Below, piece after piece: positions 12,093-21,256 of a DNA stretch of 64,000 nucleotides. The stretch lies in NCBI GenBank assembly GCA_025055975.1, contig JANWWM010000080.1, positions 3,635 through 67,634 on the forward strand, written 5' to 3'. The notes under the pieces were generated by a model, which was given only the letters and a program-made list of their open reading frames with translations, was not told the origin of the DNA and made no database searches. Source of the stretch: Chloroherpetonaceae bacterium (lineage in GTDB: Bacteria; Bacteroidota; Chlorobiia; Chlorobiales; Thermochlorobacteraceae). Within the stretch, counting starts at the first letter, position 1; each line of letters opens with the position of its first letter. Position numbers and translations under genes: made by a program.

Positions 12093-13175
12093 TCAGACAA
12101 GGTTGATGTTCGTCGTTGCGGGTTCTCCGCGTTCAGAAGATTTCGCTTCGGAGAGTTCGGCGAGTTTGTCCTTGCGTTGCCACAAAAAACTCGCCAATCC
12201 GAGAACGAGAGAGGTGAGGTTGTTGATGGCGAACGTGAGCAAGGCGTAACTCGATGCGATGATTAACCCATAATCAAAAATTTTTTCGAGCGTCTTGGAG
12301 CAAGCGTATTGATAAGTTCCCGCGCCCGCAGGCGTGATGAGCGAGCCAAACGCCGAAATGCTCATCGTCGTCAAACCTTCCGCCCAACCAAACGAACTGA
12401 CCGTCGACCAATCAATCGCATACATTGGGGTCAATCCCGCCACCAGATAACCGCTCCATATCACGATCGAGGAGAGAACGATTTCCGCATACTTGGCGCG
12501 ATTTTTCAAAACCGCCGCGCCTTCAATGAACGATTCCAGCGCGCGCGAAAGCCGCTCCGACCACTTCGGCGAAAGACGATGAACGATCGATTTGAACCGC
12601 GCCGCGATTTGCGACGGGTAGAGCGACATCGCGCCGAAAACCACCAGCGCCAAAATCGAAACCAGCAAAATCAAATACGACGCAAGCTCAAAAGACAAAC
12701 GCAATCCGCCCACCGTTACCTCGCCAAACGCTTCGTTGATTTTGCGCCGAAAGATAAACACCGAAAGCGCAAGAAGAAGGGCAAACATTAGGGTATCCAA
12801 AATTCGCTCCACGACCACCGACGCGAGCGCTTTTTTGCCGTCGATTTTCTCGCACTGCGCCAAATTGACCGCCTTCGTGATTTCGCCCACGCGCGGCAAG
12901 GCAAGATTGACCGCGTAGCCTATCATCGTGGCGTTGAAGAGATGTTTGAGGCTCATCTTTTCCTTCACGCTCGAAAGCAAAACGCCCCAACGCCACGCTC
13001 GAATCACATGGCTAATCGTCAAGGCGATGAACGCCAGCGCAATCAGTCGGTAATCCAGTCGAGAGAAAATTTCGCCGAGTTTTTCGATGTCTTCGCGCGA
13101 AAAATCTTTGAACGCAAGCCAAAAAAACAAGCCCGCAATCACGATTGAAACCAAGTGTTTAATCGCGTTCTTCAT
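12093..13175 (-). CDS. UPF0104 / lysylphosphatidylglycerol-synthase-TM family membrane protein (flippase-like)
   Basis: 'RAWRW..LL', 'IGYAVNLALPRVGE', 'VVERILD', 'PAGAGTY'. Confidence 0.85.
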   Translation of the reverse strand: MKNAIKHLVSIVIAGLFFWLAFKDFSREDIEKLGEIFSRLDYRLIALAFIALTISHVIRAWRWGVLLSSVKEKMSLKHLFNATMIGYAVNLALPRVGEITKAVNLAQCEKIDGKKALASVVVERILDTLMFALLLALSVFIFRRKINEAFGEVTVGGLRLSFELASYLILLVSILALVVFGAMSLYPSQIAARFKSIVHRLSPKWSERLSRALESFIEGAAVLKNRAKYAEIVLSSIVIWSGYLVAGLTPMYAIDWSTVSSFGWAEGLTTMSISAFGSLITPAGAGTYQYACSKTLEKIFDYGLIIASSYALLTFAINNLTSLVLGLASFLWQRKDKLAELSEAKSSERGEPATTNINLV

Positions 13176-14227
13176 TTCTTCGTTAGCATCGTTTTAAGCG
13201 CGATCGCCGTTTCGGAGCGGCATCGCTTGAAAATTTCCCCGTCGCTTCTTTTGCGAAGCGGCGCGAGCGCGCGACGCTTTTTGAGATGAGCGATGAAATG
13301 CTTGACGTTCCAAACGAGCGCGTCGAGCGCGGCTTTTGCCACGTCGGGTCGTTTCGATTTCAGATAAAACAAAATCGCCGCTAGCTCAAGCCCGAAACGC
13401 AACGGCAAGAGCCAATATAAGCGCCAAGCGTCCGCGTTCTTTGTTAGCATCATCACATTGTTGCGATGATTGAGATACGCCTTTCGCGGATTCGCTTGCG
13501 AGAGCGTCGCGCCGCCGTAGTGATAAACGATCGACTTCGGCGCGGAGCGAAGCCAAAATCCCGCTTTCCAAAGCCGCCAACACAGGTCGATTTCTTCCAT
13601 GTGGGCGAAGAAATCTTCGTCGAACGTTCCGACTTTTTCCAGCGCGCTTCGCCTTGCGAACATCGCCGCGCCCGACGTCCAAAAAATCGGCGCGGATTTG
13701 TCGTATTGTCCGCAATCGGTTTCGACTTCGTCCAAAACGCGACCCAAACAATACGGGTATCCCAATTTGTCCATCATCCCGCCCGCCGCGCCCGCGTAGT
13801 CAAACACTTTCTCTCCGCGATTTCGCGCTTGAATCGAGAGCAATTTTGGTTGAAGGCTGGCGATTTCTTCGTCGGTTTCAGCGAGCGCGACCAACTCCGA
13901 CAGCCAATTTGGTTCTTGCTCCGTGTCGTTGTTTAGAAACACCACGTATTTTCCCGATGTTCTCTCGAATCCAAAATTGCACCCCCCCGCATAGCCCAAA
14001 TTTCGCCCCGCTCGAAGAATTTGAATCGATGGGAATCGCGCCTGCGCCAGCGCGAGACTCTCGTCGGTCGTGCCGTTGTCGACAATCGTAACGAGGAAAT
14101 TGGGATAGGTTGTCTTCGATAGCGTTGAAAGACAGCCGAGCAAAATGTCCGTTCCGTTGTGGTGAGGTATGATGATGTCAACTTTTGGATACGCTTCGTT
14201 TCCTTGAAGGGACTGCTCTTCCCGCAT
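13172..14227 (-). CDS. Glycosyltransferase family 2 (WbbL/rhamnosyltransferase-like)
   Basis: 'VDNG', 'NLGYAGGCN', 'FLNNDT', 'FFAHMEEIDLCWR', 'VYHYGGATL'. Confidence 0.9.
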   Translation of the reverse strand: MREEQSLQGNEAYPKVDIIIPHHNGTDILLGCLSTLSKTTYPNFLVTIVDNGTTDESLALAQARFPSIQILRAGRNLGYAGGCNFGFERTSGKYVVFLNNDTEQEPNWLSELVALAETDEEIASLQPKLLSIQARNRGEKVFDYAGAAGGMMDKLGYPYCLGRVLDEVETDCGQYDKSAPIFWTSGAAMFARRSALEKVGTFDEDFFAHMEEIDLCWRLWKAGFWLRSAPKSIVYHYGGATLSQANPRKAYLNHRNNVMMLTKNADAWRLYWLLPLRFGLELAAILFYLKSKRPDVAKAALDALVWNVKHFIAHLKKRRALAPLRKRSDGEIFKRCRSETAIALKTMLTKK

Positions 14228-14305
14228 TCCGCGACGATTTGAAACGCGAAGATATGCGATTTGCGGCGTTTTTCCGCGCCGCGCTTTTGGGAACTGACGC
14301 GCCGT

Positions 14306-15181
14306 TCATTCGTCGGAGCGAAAGACTTTCTTTTGAATTTCGCGGGCGGTCTTCGTGTTGGCAAGTCCGCCGAGCGCGGATTCTTTGAGGCGCGGCGACA
14401 TCAAGTCGCCGACTTCCTTCGTGGCGAAGATGACCTCGTCGGGCGGAATCAAACTTTTCACGCCCGCGAGCGCGATTTGCGCCGACGTGAAAGCGTTTGC
14501 CACGCCAATCGCGTTGCGAATCGCGCACGGCTCTTCGACAAGTCCCGCGACGGGGTCGCACACCAACCCCATCGCGCCTTTGAGCGCGATGCCCGCCGCT
14601 TCGAAGGTTTGTTCCACCGTTCCGCCCAAAAGATACGTGATGGTCGCAGCCGCCATTGCCGCCGCGCTTCCCGTTTCGCCCATGCACCCCGCCTCCGAAC
14701 CCGCGAAGGAGCTATTCTTGGCGAAAATCAATCCGACGGCTGAACTCACCAGCAGACCCTCAATCAACTTTTCGCGCGAAATGTTGCGTTCTTCGCGCAT
14801 CGTTACGAGCGTTGCGGGCATAATGCCCGACGAGCCCGCGGTGGGCGCGGCGACGATTTTGCCCATGCAGGCGTTGACTTCGCTCACCGCCAACGCGCGC
14901 GCGATGGCTTTTTGCAACGGCAACCCCAGCGTAGAAACGGAACATTCAAAGACGCGCTTCGCCCAATTGTTGAGCATTCCGCTTTTGGTAATCATCAGTT
15001 GACGCAGTCCTTGCTCGACGGCGTTCTCCATCACGGAGAGGGTTTTGTCGAGCGCCTTCAAAATCTCTTCGCGGGTGAGGCGTTTTTGCGCCAACTCGTA
15101 ATCGAGCATCGCTTCGGGAATCGTGCACGGTTTTTCGGCGCAGTAGCGCGCGATGTCGGCAAGCAAATTGAAGCGCGGCAT
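14306..15181 (-). CDS. sdaAA: L-serine dehydratase, Fe-S dependent, alpha subunit
   Basis: 'EVNACMGKIVAAPTAGSSG', 'AGCMGETG', 'MGLVCDPVAGLVEEPC..RN', 'LKESALGGLA'; start re-placed at ATG 15181. Confidence 0.92.
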   Translation of the reverse strand: MPRFNLLADIARYCAEKPCTIPEAMLDYELAQKRLTREEILKALDKTLSVMENAVEQGLRQLMITKSGMLNNWAKRVFECSVSTLGLPLQKAIARALAVSEVNACMGKIVAAPTAGSSGIMPATLVTMREERNISREKLIEGLLVSSAVGLIFAKNSSFAGSEAGCMGETGSAAAMAAATITYLLGGTVEQTFEAAGIALKGAMGLVCDPVAGLVEEPCAIRNAIGVANAFTSAQIALAGVKSLIPPDEVIFATKEVGDLMSPRLKESALGGLANTKTAREIQKKVFRSDE

Positions 15182-15183
15182 GT

Positions 15184-16575
15184 TCAGGCTAAAAGTTCGA
15201 TGCGATTTCGTTTCGGAAGACGCGCGCTTAACTTTTCGGCGACGGCTCTGCCGCTCAGCGCCGCGCCCTCCATCGACGCAAGATACTTTTGATACGTGTA
15301 ATCGCCGCACAAGAAAAAATTGCGAATCGGCGACGCTTGGTCGGGGCGGAATCGATCCACGCCAGGCACGGCTTTGTAGACGGATTCGGGAATTTTGACC
15401 AAAGAAGATTTGAGCAGCTTGGCTTCCCTCGCCTTCGGAAACAAGGCTTTGAGTTCTTTGACGACTTGCTCGACAATCACGTCGTTGGGCAGGTCTATCA
15501 AGTGATGCGCGGGCGCGAGCACGAGGCTCAAAACGCTTCCGCCCGTCGCCGTGCCTTGCCCCGCTTGATAATCGTCCGCGCAAGCGATTGACACGTCGGC
15601 AAACGTGGCGAAGCTCGTTCCGTGAGCGAACATCAAGTTGTCGATGTCGGTGATTTTTCTATCGAACCACAATTGGCAATTCGCAACGGGACTGCCAACG
15701 AAGTGAAAGAGGTTTCGGAAATAGTCGTATTTGAGCCACGCTTTCGGAATCGTTTTTTTGAACGAGTGGACGGGAAGCGCGGAGACGTAAGCGTCGGCTT
15801 CGATGCGCTCGCCGCTCGCAAGAAGCGCGGCTTGAACCGAGCCATCGTCGTGAAGGAGAAATTCTTTCAATCGAGCGTTGCAATGAATCGCGCCGCCTTT
15901 TTTCAGAACGTATCGCCGCATCGGCTCTATCATCGAGTCGTTTGGATTGGCTTTGAAAAAGCCGAAGCGAGCGTCTTCGTAATTGCGCCCGAAGTAATTG
16001 AAGATGGTGAGCATTGGACGCGCCGAGATGACGTTCGGCTCAATGAAATTGAGCGCGAGCGAAATGGGTCGCCACAAGCGTTGGAGCGCGTTTTCCGTGA
16101 CGCCATGCCGAGCGTGCCAATCGGAGTAGGTGATGCAATCTTGCGAGCGGAAATAGTCTTCGTCGCCGAAGAGAATCAGCGGAAGCAAGCCGCGAATGAG
16201 GGAAAGTTTGTCGCGCCAATTGACGACGTTCGTCTTCAAGCCGCCCAAGAGTTCGGCGTAGGGGCTGGGCAAGCCTTTTTGTTTTTCAAACGTGGTCGTT
16301 TTGCCGTCTTTTTCGGCGTAGATGAGCGCGAGGTCTTTCCACAAAATCGCGTCCTCCGCGCCGACGTGTTTCAAGAGGGATTGGAGTTCTTTGTATCCGC
16401 CGAAGACGACATGCAAGCCCGACTCGATCGAGTCGCCGTCGGAATCTTTCCAAACGGAAACTTTGCCGCCCAAGACCGAGCGTTTCTCGTAGAGCGAGAC
16501 GCGATAGCCTTTGTCCAAGAGATGAATCGCGGCGGAAAGACCCGCTATGCCGCCGCCGAAGATGGCAACGTTCAC
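15184..16575 (-). CDS. Plant/cyanobacterial-type carotenoid desaturase of Chlorobi (CrtP/CrtQ family; phytoene or zeta-carotene desaturase)
   Basis: FAD Rossmann 'VAIFGGGIAGLSAA', 'GGKVSVWKDSDGDSIESGLHVVFGGY', C-terminal 'GDYTYQKYLASMEGAALSG'. GTG 16575 is the likely start (TTG 16611 alternative). I cannot separate crtP from crtQ by eye. Confidence 0.85.
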   Translation of the reverse strand: MNVAIFGGGIAGLSAAIHLLDKGYRVSLYEKRSVLGGKVSVWKDSDGDSIESGLHVVFGGYKELQSLLKHVGAEDAILWKDLALIYAEKDGKTTTFEKQKGLPSPYAELLGGLKTNVVNWRDKLSLIRGLLPLILFGDEDYFRSQDCITYSDWHARHGVTENALQRLWRPISLALNFIEPNVISARPMLTIFNYFGRNYEDARFGFFKANPNDSMIEPMRRYVLKKGGAIHCNARLKEFLLHDDGSVQAALLASGERIEADAYVSALPVHSFKKTIPKAWLKYDYFRNLFHFVGSPVANCQLWFDRKITDIDNLMFAHGTSFATFADVSIACADDYQAGQGTATGGSVLSLVLAPAHHLIDLPNDVIVEQVVKELKALFPKAREAKLLKSSLVKIPESVYKAVPGVDRFRPDQASPIRNFFLCGDYTYQKYLASMEGAALSGRAVAEKLSARLPKRNRIELLA

Positions 16576-16682
16576 GAAAGAGTTGGTTTTGGTTGACTGC
16601 GCGTTCTGCAAAAGAGATTTCGGCGTTCATTCGTTCCGCGAAAGGCTTGCGTTCATCGCTTCAAGTTTTCATTCGTTTGGAA

Positions 16683-17654
16683 ATGCGTCGTTTGTTTTTG
16701 AGCGTTCTCGTTGGGTGTTTGGGTTGCGCGTCGCCGCAAAAATCCGTCTTTTCGATTGCGGAAAGCGACCGATCGATTTACGCTCGTTTGATCGCCGAAC
16801 CCGATTGCGTTTCTTATTTCACGTCGTTTGATTTGACGCGCCTCGCTTACCGCGAAGTTTTGCCCGACACGTTCGGGGCGATTCTCGCCTTCATTCACGG
16901 GACGGCGGCGCAGAGCAAACTTTATCTGCCGCTCGCCGACACGCTTCGCAAAAACGGAATCGCTACCGCCCTGCTCGATCTGCGCGGACACGGTCTTTCC
17001 GAAGGCGAGCGCGGCGACGCAAAAAACGCGACCGCCCTTGCGCGCGACGTCAAACTTTTTCTCGATACGCTTCGCGCCAAACATCCAAACAAAAAAATCA
17101 TCTTGGGCGGGCACAGTCTCGGCGCGGGCGCATGCCTGAAATACCTCTCGTTTTTTCACGACCGAAAAAATCTTTATCGCCCGCCCGACGCGCTGATTTT
17201 GATGAGCGGCGGCTTTTATCCGAATCCGAATTGCAACGAGAGAAAGCCCAAGCGAGACGGCGCGTTCGCCAGGGTTGACGCGGCGAAATCGCTCCTCTTG
17301 ATTCCTGATATGCTTCTGGACCTTCATCCCAAAGCGTTTGAAATTCTCTTGCCGCAAGATTCGCTCGCGCAAGTCGCGGTCTCGAAAAATTTGCTCGTAA
17401 CGCGCTACGCGCTCACGTTCTTTTTAGCCGCCTTTCCAATCGATGCGATGGAAGCCTATCGGCTCGCGCGCTTTCCGACCTTGCTCGTCATCGGCAAAAA
17501 CGATGAACTCATGCGCGTTTGCGACGCGGAATTCGCGTTCAAACGGATTGCGACGCGCGAGAAAAAGTTGCTCGTCTGCGACGCGAACCACATCGACGTG
17601 ATTTGGCGCAGCGCGCCAGATGTCGCAAATTGGATAAACTCGTTGCAACCTTGA
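16683..17654 (+). CDS. Alpha/beta hydrolase (lysophospholipase-like), probable lipoprotein
   Basis: Signal peptide with lipobox-like 'CLGC'; 'FIHG', 'DLRGHGLS', nucleophile 'GHSLG'. Confidence 0.8.
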   Translation: MRRLFLSVLVGCLGCASPQKSVFSIAESDRSIYARLIAEPDCVSYFTSFDLTRLAYREVLPDTFGAILAFIHGTAAQSKLYLPLADTLRKNGIATALLDLRGHGLSEGERGDAKNATALARDVKLFLDTLRAKHPNKKIILGGHSLGAGACLKYLSFFHDRKNLYRPPDALILMSGGFYPNPNCNERKPKRDGAFARVDAAKSLLLIPDMLLDLHPKAFEILLPQDSLAQVAVSKNLLVTRYALTFFLAAFPIDAMEAYRLARFPTLLVIGKNDELMRVCDAEFAFKRIATREKKLLVCDANHIDVIWRSAPDVANWINSLQP

Positions 17655-17669
17655 CCCAGACACGTTCCA

Positions 17670-18515
17670 ATGACCATTGAAGCCGAATCGAAATACATCA
17701 CGCTTTCAGGTTACAGGCATCGATACATCGACGAAGGCGGTGGCTCGCGGGTGATTTTTCTCGCGCACGGGTTTTCGTCGTCGCTCGACATTTTCTACCG
17801 CGTCGTTCCGCTTTTCGCGGAGCGTTATCGCGTGCTCGCGCTCGATTTGCTCGCCTTTGGCAAAAGCGACAAGCCAACCAACATTCGCTATTCGCTCGAA
17901 CTCTACGCGAAGCTCATCAAAGAATTTTTGGAAAAGACTTGCGCGCAAGGCGACGCCATCTACGGCGTGGGGCATTCGATGGGCGCGAAGTATCTCGTCG
18001 CAATGTCGGTCTATCACCCGAACTTCTTTTCGAAACTCGTTCTTTCCAATTCCGACGGCTTTCTCTACTTGCCGCCGTTCATTATGATGGCAAGTTCGTT
18101 CCTTTTGAAGCCGATTCTTTACAGGCTTGTCTCCACGCCCGCTTTCGTTAGGAAGACGATGCGTTCCGTCTATCACGACCCGTCGCACGTCACCGAAGAA
18201 CATCTGCGACGCAACATCGAGATGGTCAGAAGCCGCGAGAACTTCGAGGCGATGATGTCTTTGAACCGCGACTTCAAGCATCTCGATTTGCAACGCATGA
18301 AAATCCGCTCTCGACTCAAAGAGATGAAAACGCCGACGCTCGTGATTTGGGGCGCAAACGACAAGTTTATTCCCGTCAAATACGCCAACGTCGTTCAGCG
18401 CGAAATCCCAAACTCGCGCCTCGTCTTGATTCCCGAATGCGGACACGTGCCGATGGTCGAAAAGCCGCGAGAGTTCTTCGAAGCCGTCGACAACTTCATC
18501 AACGAAAAAACCTAA
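17670..18515 (+). CDS. Alpha/beta hydrolase (MhpC-like)
   Basis: 'LAHGF', 'DLLAFGKSDKP', 'GHSMG', 'IWGANDKFIP', 'CGHVPMVEKP'. Confidence 0.9.
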   Translation: MTIEAESKYITLSGYRHRYIDEGGGSRVIFLAHGFSSSLDIFYRVVPLFAERYRVLALDLLAFGKSDKPTNIRYSLELYAKLIKEFLEKTCAQGDAIYGVGHSMGAKYLVAMSVYHPNFFSKLVLSNSDGFLYLPPFIMMASSFLLKPILYRLVSTPAFVRKTMRSVYHDPSHVTEEHLRRNIEMVRSRENFEAMMSLNRDFKHLDLQRMKIRSRLKEMKTPTLVIWGANDKFIPVKYANVVQREIPNSRLVLIPECGHVPMVEKPREFFEAVDNFINEKT

Positions 18516-18520
18516 TCTCG

Positions 18521-19567
18521 ATGCGATTGCGCCCGACGATTCTTTTCGCGCTTCCCTTCTTTTTCTTCGCCTGCGCCACGACGAAACAACCCGCCGCGCC
18601 AACGCCAAGCGCGAGCAAATTCCTCGTCGCCTGGTGGAACGTGGAAAATCTTTTCGACACGATTGACGACGAGACGCAAGACGACGACTTCACGCCAAGC
18701 GGCAAATTCAAGTGGACGCGAGAGCGGCTCGATTACAAGTTCAAGCAACTCTCGACCGTCATTCGTGATTTGGCAAACGACAGAGGCTATGCGCTTCCCG
18801 ACATTATGGGCTTTTGCGAAGTCGAGCATCAATGGCTTTTGGACACGCTGTTTCAGGCGCATCTTGGCGGAAAAACTTACAGAACGGTCTATTACGAATC
18901 GCCCGACGCGCGCGGCATTGACGTCGGAATCGCTTACGACGGCGCGAAATTTCAACTGCTCGATTCGCGCAAACACAAGGTTGATTTGGAACAAGGCGCG
19001 ACGCGCGACATCGTGGAAGCGAAATTCTCTCGCAACGGCAACGTTCTGCACGTCTTCGTCAATCACTGGCCTTCGCGGCGCGGCGGCGAAGAGGCTTCCG
19101 AACCGCGAAGAATCGTTGCGGCGCAGACCTTGCGCAGTCGCATCGATGAAATTCTCGCGCAAGATTCAACCGCCGACGTCATTATGCTCGGCGACCTAAA
19201 CGACGAACCTTCGAATCGCTCCATTTCCCAAGTTCTTCGGGCGACGGGCGATTTGACCCTCGTCAAGTCGTCAAGCGATGGCGCGCTCTACGATTTCATC
19301 GCGTCCTATCAAGGCATCGGAACTTATCGCTATCAAAACCGTTGGGAGCGCATCGACCACGCCATCGTTACGAAAGGTCTTCTCGATAACGCGCGCTTCT
19401 TCGTCGTTCCCAATTCCTTCGCCGTTTTTCACAAGCCTTATATGTTCGAAAGAGAACGCGACGGCAAGCCAACCGAGAAGCCCTTGCGCACCTACGCGGG
19501 CGCGCAGTATCTTGGCGGCTACGCCGACCACCTCCCCATCTTGTTTGAAATTCAACTCGCGCAATGA
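18521..19567 (+). CDS. Endonuclease/exonuclease/phosphatase family lipoprotein
   Basis: Lipobox 'FFAC'; 'WNVENLFD', 'CEVE', 'NHWPSR', 'GDLNDEP', 'GGYADHLPI'. Confidence 0.9.
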   Translation: MRLRPTILFALPFFFFACATTKQPAAPTPSASKFLVAWWNVENLFDTIDDETQDDDFTPSGKFKWTRERLDYKFKQLSTVIRDLANDRGYALPDIMGFCEVEHQWLLDTLFQAHLGGKTYRTVYYESPDARGIDVGIAYDGAKFQLLDSRKHKVDLEQGATRDIVEAKFSRNGNVLHVFVNHWPSRRGGEEASEPRRIVAAQTLRSRIDEILAQDSTADVIMLGDLNDEPSNRSISQVLRATGDLTLVKSSSDGALYDFIASYQGIGTYRYQNRWERIDHAIVTKGLLDNARFFVVPNSFAVFHKPYMFERERDGKPTEKPLRTYAGAQYLGGYADHLPILFEIQLAQ

Positions 19568-20550
19568 AGCCCGTCATCGTCGTCGAGCATCTCGTCAAAG
19601 AATACAAGGTCTTCAAAAAAGAAGAGGGGCTTTTAGGCGCGATTAAAGGGCTATTCAATCGCCGATACGAAATCAAACGCGCCGTTGATGACATTTCTTT
19701 TGAGATTCACGAGGGCGAACTCGTTGGCTTTCTGGGCGCAAACGGCGCGGGCAAAACCACGACGCTCAAAATTCTTTCGGGCTTGCTTTATCCCACGTCG
19801 GGCAAAGTGGAAGTTTTGGGCTATGCGCCTTACGAGCGCAAGAACGAATTTCGCAAGCAGTTTGCCATCGTGCTGGGTCAGAAAAATCAACTGCTTTGGG
19901 ATTTGCCCGCGCAAGATTCGTTCTTGCTCTTGAAAGAAATCTACGAAGTCCCCGACGCGCAATACCGCGAGCAACTTTCGCGTCTTTCCGAACTTTTGAA
20001 CGTCAAGGACAAATTGGGCGTGCAACTGCGGCGGCTTTCGCTCGGCGAAAGAATGAAGATGGAATTCATCGGCGCGCTTTTGCACAAACCCAAAGCGCTT
20101 TTCTTGGACGAGCCGACGATTGGGCTGGACGTCGTGGCGCAACAAACCATACGCGACTTCATCAAACGCTACAACGAAGAAAGCAAAACCACCATCATTC
20201 TCACGAGCCATTATATGCAAGACATCGAAGCCCTCTGCAAGCGCGTGATGATTATCGACGGCGGCAAACTTTTCTTCGACGGCGCGCTCTCCGACATCAT
20301 CGACAAATTCTCGTCAGAAAAAATTTTGACGCTCGATTTTCACTCGCCAATCGAGCGCGAAGCGTTGTCGGAGTTTGGAACGATAGAATCATTTGAGGGA
20401 AGTTCGGCGCGATTGCGCGTGGCGCGTCAGAACATCTCCAAAGTCTCGGCGGCGATTCTTTCGCGCTTCGATGTGCAAGACCTTACGATTGAAGAAGTCC
20501 CGATTGAAGACATCATTCGCAGGCTTTACTTGCGTGAATCGGAGCGTTAG
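19564..20550 (+). CDS. ABC transporter ATP-binding protein (ABC-2 type)
   Basis: Walker A 'GANGAGKTT', signature 'LSLGERMK', Walker B 'LFLDEPT'. Confidence 0.93.
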   Translation: MKPVIVVEHLVKEYKVFKKEEGLLGAIKGLFNRRYEIKRAVDDISFEIHEGELVGFLGANGAGKTTTLKILSGLLYPTSGKVEVLGYAPYERKNEFRKQFAIVLGQKNQLLWDLPAQDSFLLLKEIYEVPDAQYREQLSRLSELLNVKDKLGVQLRRLSLGERMKMEFIGALLHKPKALFLDEPTIGLDVVAQQTIRDFIKRYNEESKTTIILTSHYMQDIEALCKRVMIIDGGKLFFDGALSDIIDKFSSEKILTLDFHSPIEREALSEFGTIESFEGSSARLRVARQNISKVSAAILSRFDVQDLTIEEVPIEDIIRRLYLRESER

Positions 20551-20854
20551 CCGTCTTTTCGTAAAAAATTTTTCCGACGCGCCGAATATGCTCTTCCAAG
20601 TCGGGCGAGCGGAGGCGATGGTAGATGGAGACATCAAAGAGATATGGCGTATTCAATTCGTCAAGTTCGGAAGCGATTTTGGCGCGATGCGATTCCGTGA
20701 GACGTTCGCCGATGAGCGTCAAATCAATGTCGGAGCCTTGCCGAAAATTTCCCTTCGCCCGCGACCCGTAAATGACGACGCGCTCGACTTCGGGGTATTT
20801 TTCAAACACGGCTTGAATTTTCGCGATCGTCTCCTCTTTCAATCCGAATTTCAT
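20513..20854 (-). CDS. Minimal nucleotidyltransferase (MNT/MntA-type antitoxin)
   Basis: Exact GSX10DXD motif 'GSRAKGNFRQGSDID'; overlaps the HEPN stop codon (ATGA). Confidence 0.9.
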   Translation of the reverse strand: MKFGLKEETIAKIQAVFEKYPEVERVVIYGSRAKGNFRQGSDIDLTLIGERLTESHRAKIASELDELNTPYLFDVSIYHRLRSPDLEEHIRRVGKIFYEKTANAPIHASKACE

Positions 20855-21255
20855 TGCTTTGCTTTCATTGCGTTTAGAAATTTCACGAGCGCAGGCTTAT
20901 ATGCGGATACGATTTTCTGAAACTCCTCTTTCAAAATTTCTTCTTGATACGTGTGGACGGTTCGATTTCGGCTTTCAATCATTTCAAGCCAAACGTCCGC
21001 GTCATCAATCAAGCCTTTGTTGAACGCTTCTTTGACCGCGCTTCTTGACCCAACGATGTTTTGATAGCCTTCGTATTCCAAAAACTCTTTCATCGTTTTC
21101 CAAGCGAGTTCATGCGTGAACTCAAAACGCTGAATGATGCCCTCTTTGACGATGTCAATTGGATTTTCGCCGTGCGTCTCGATTGCCGAGAGAAGTTGGT
21201 TCAACGCTTTTTCATAGTTGGCGAAGCGTTGTTTCCAACGAATGTCTTGCGCCAC
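20851..21255 (-). CDS. HEPN protein (HI0074-like nucleotidyltransferase substrate-binding family; HepT-type RNase toxin)
   Basis: 'IRWKQRF', 'GIIQRFEFTHELAWKTMK', RX4HXY motif 'RNRTVHTY'. Confidence 0.9.
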   Translation of the reverse strand: MAQDIRWKQRFANYEKALNQLLSAIETHGENPIDIVKEGIIQRFEFTHELAWKTMKEFLEYEGYQNIVGSRSAVKEAFNKGLIDDADVWLEMIESRNRTVHTYQEEILKEEFQKIVSAYKPALVKFLNAMKAKQ

Positions 21256-21256
21256 G

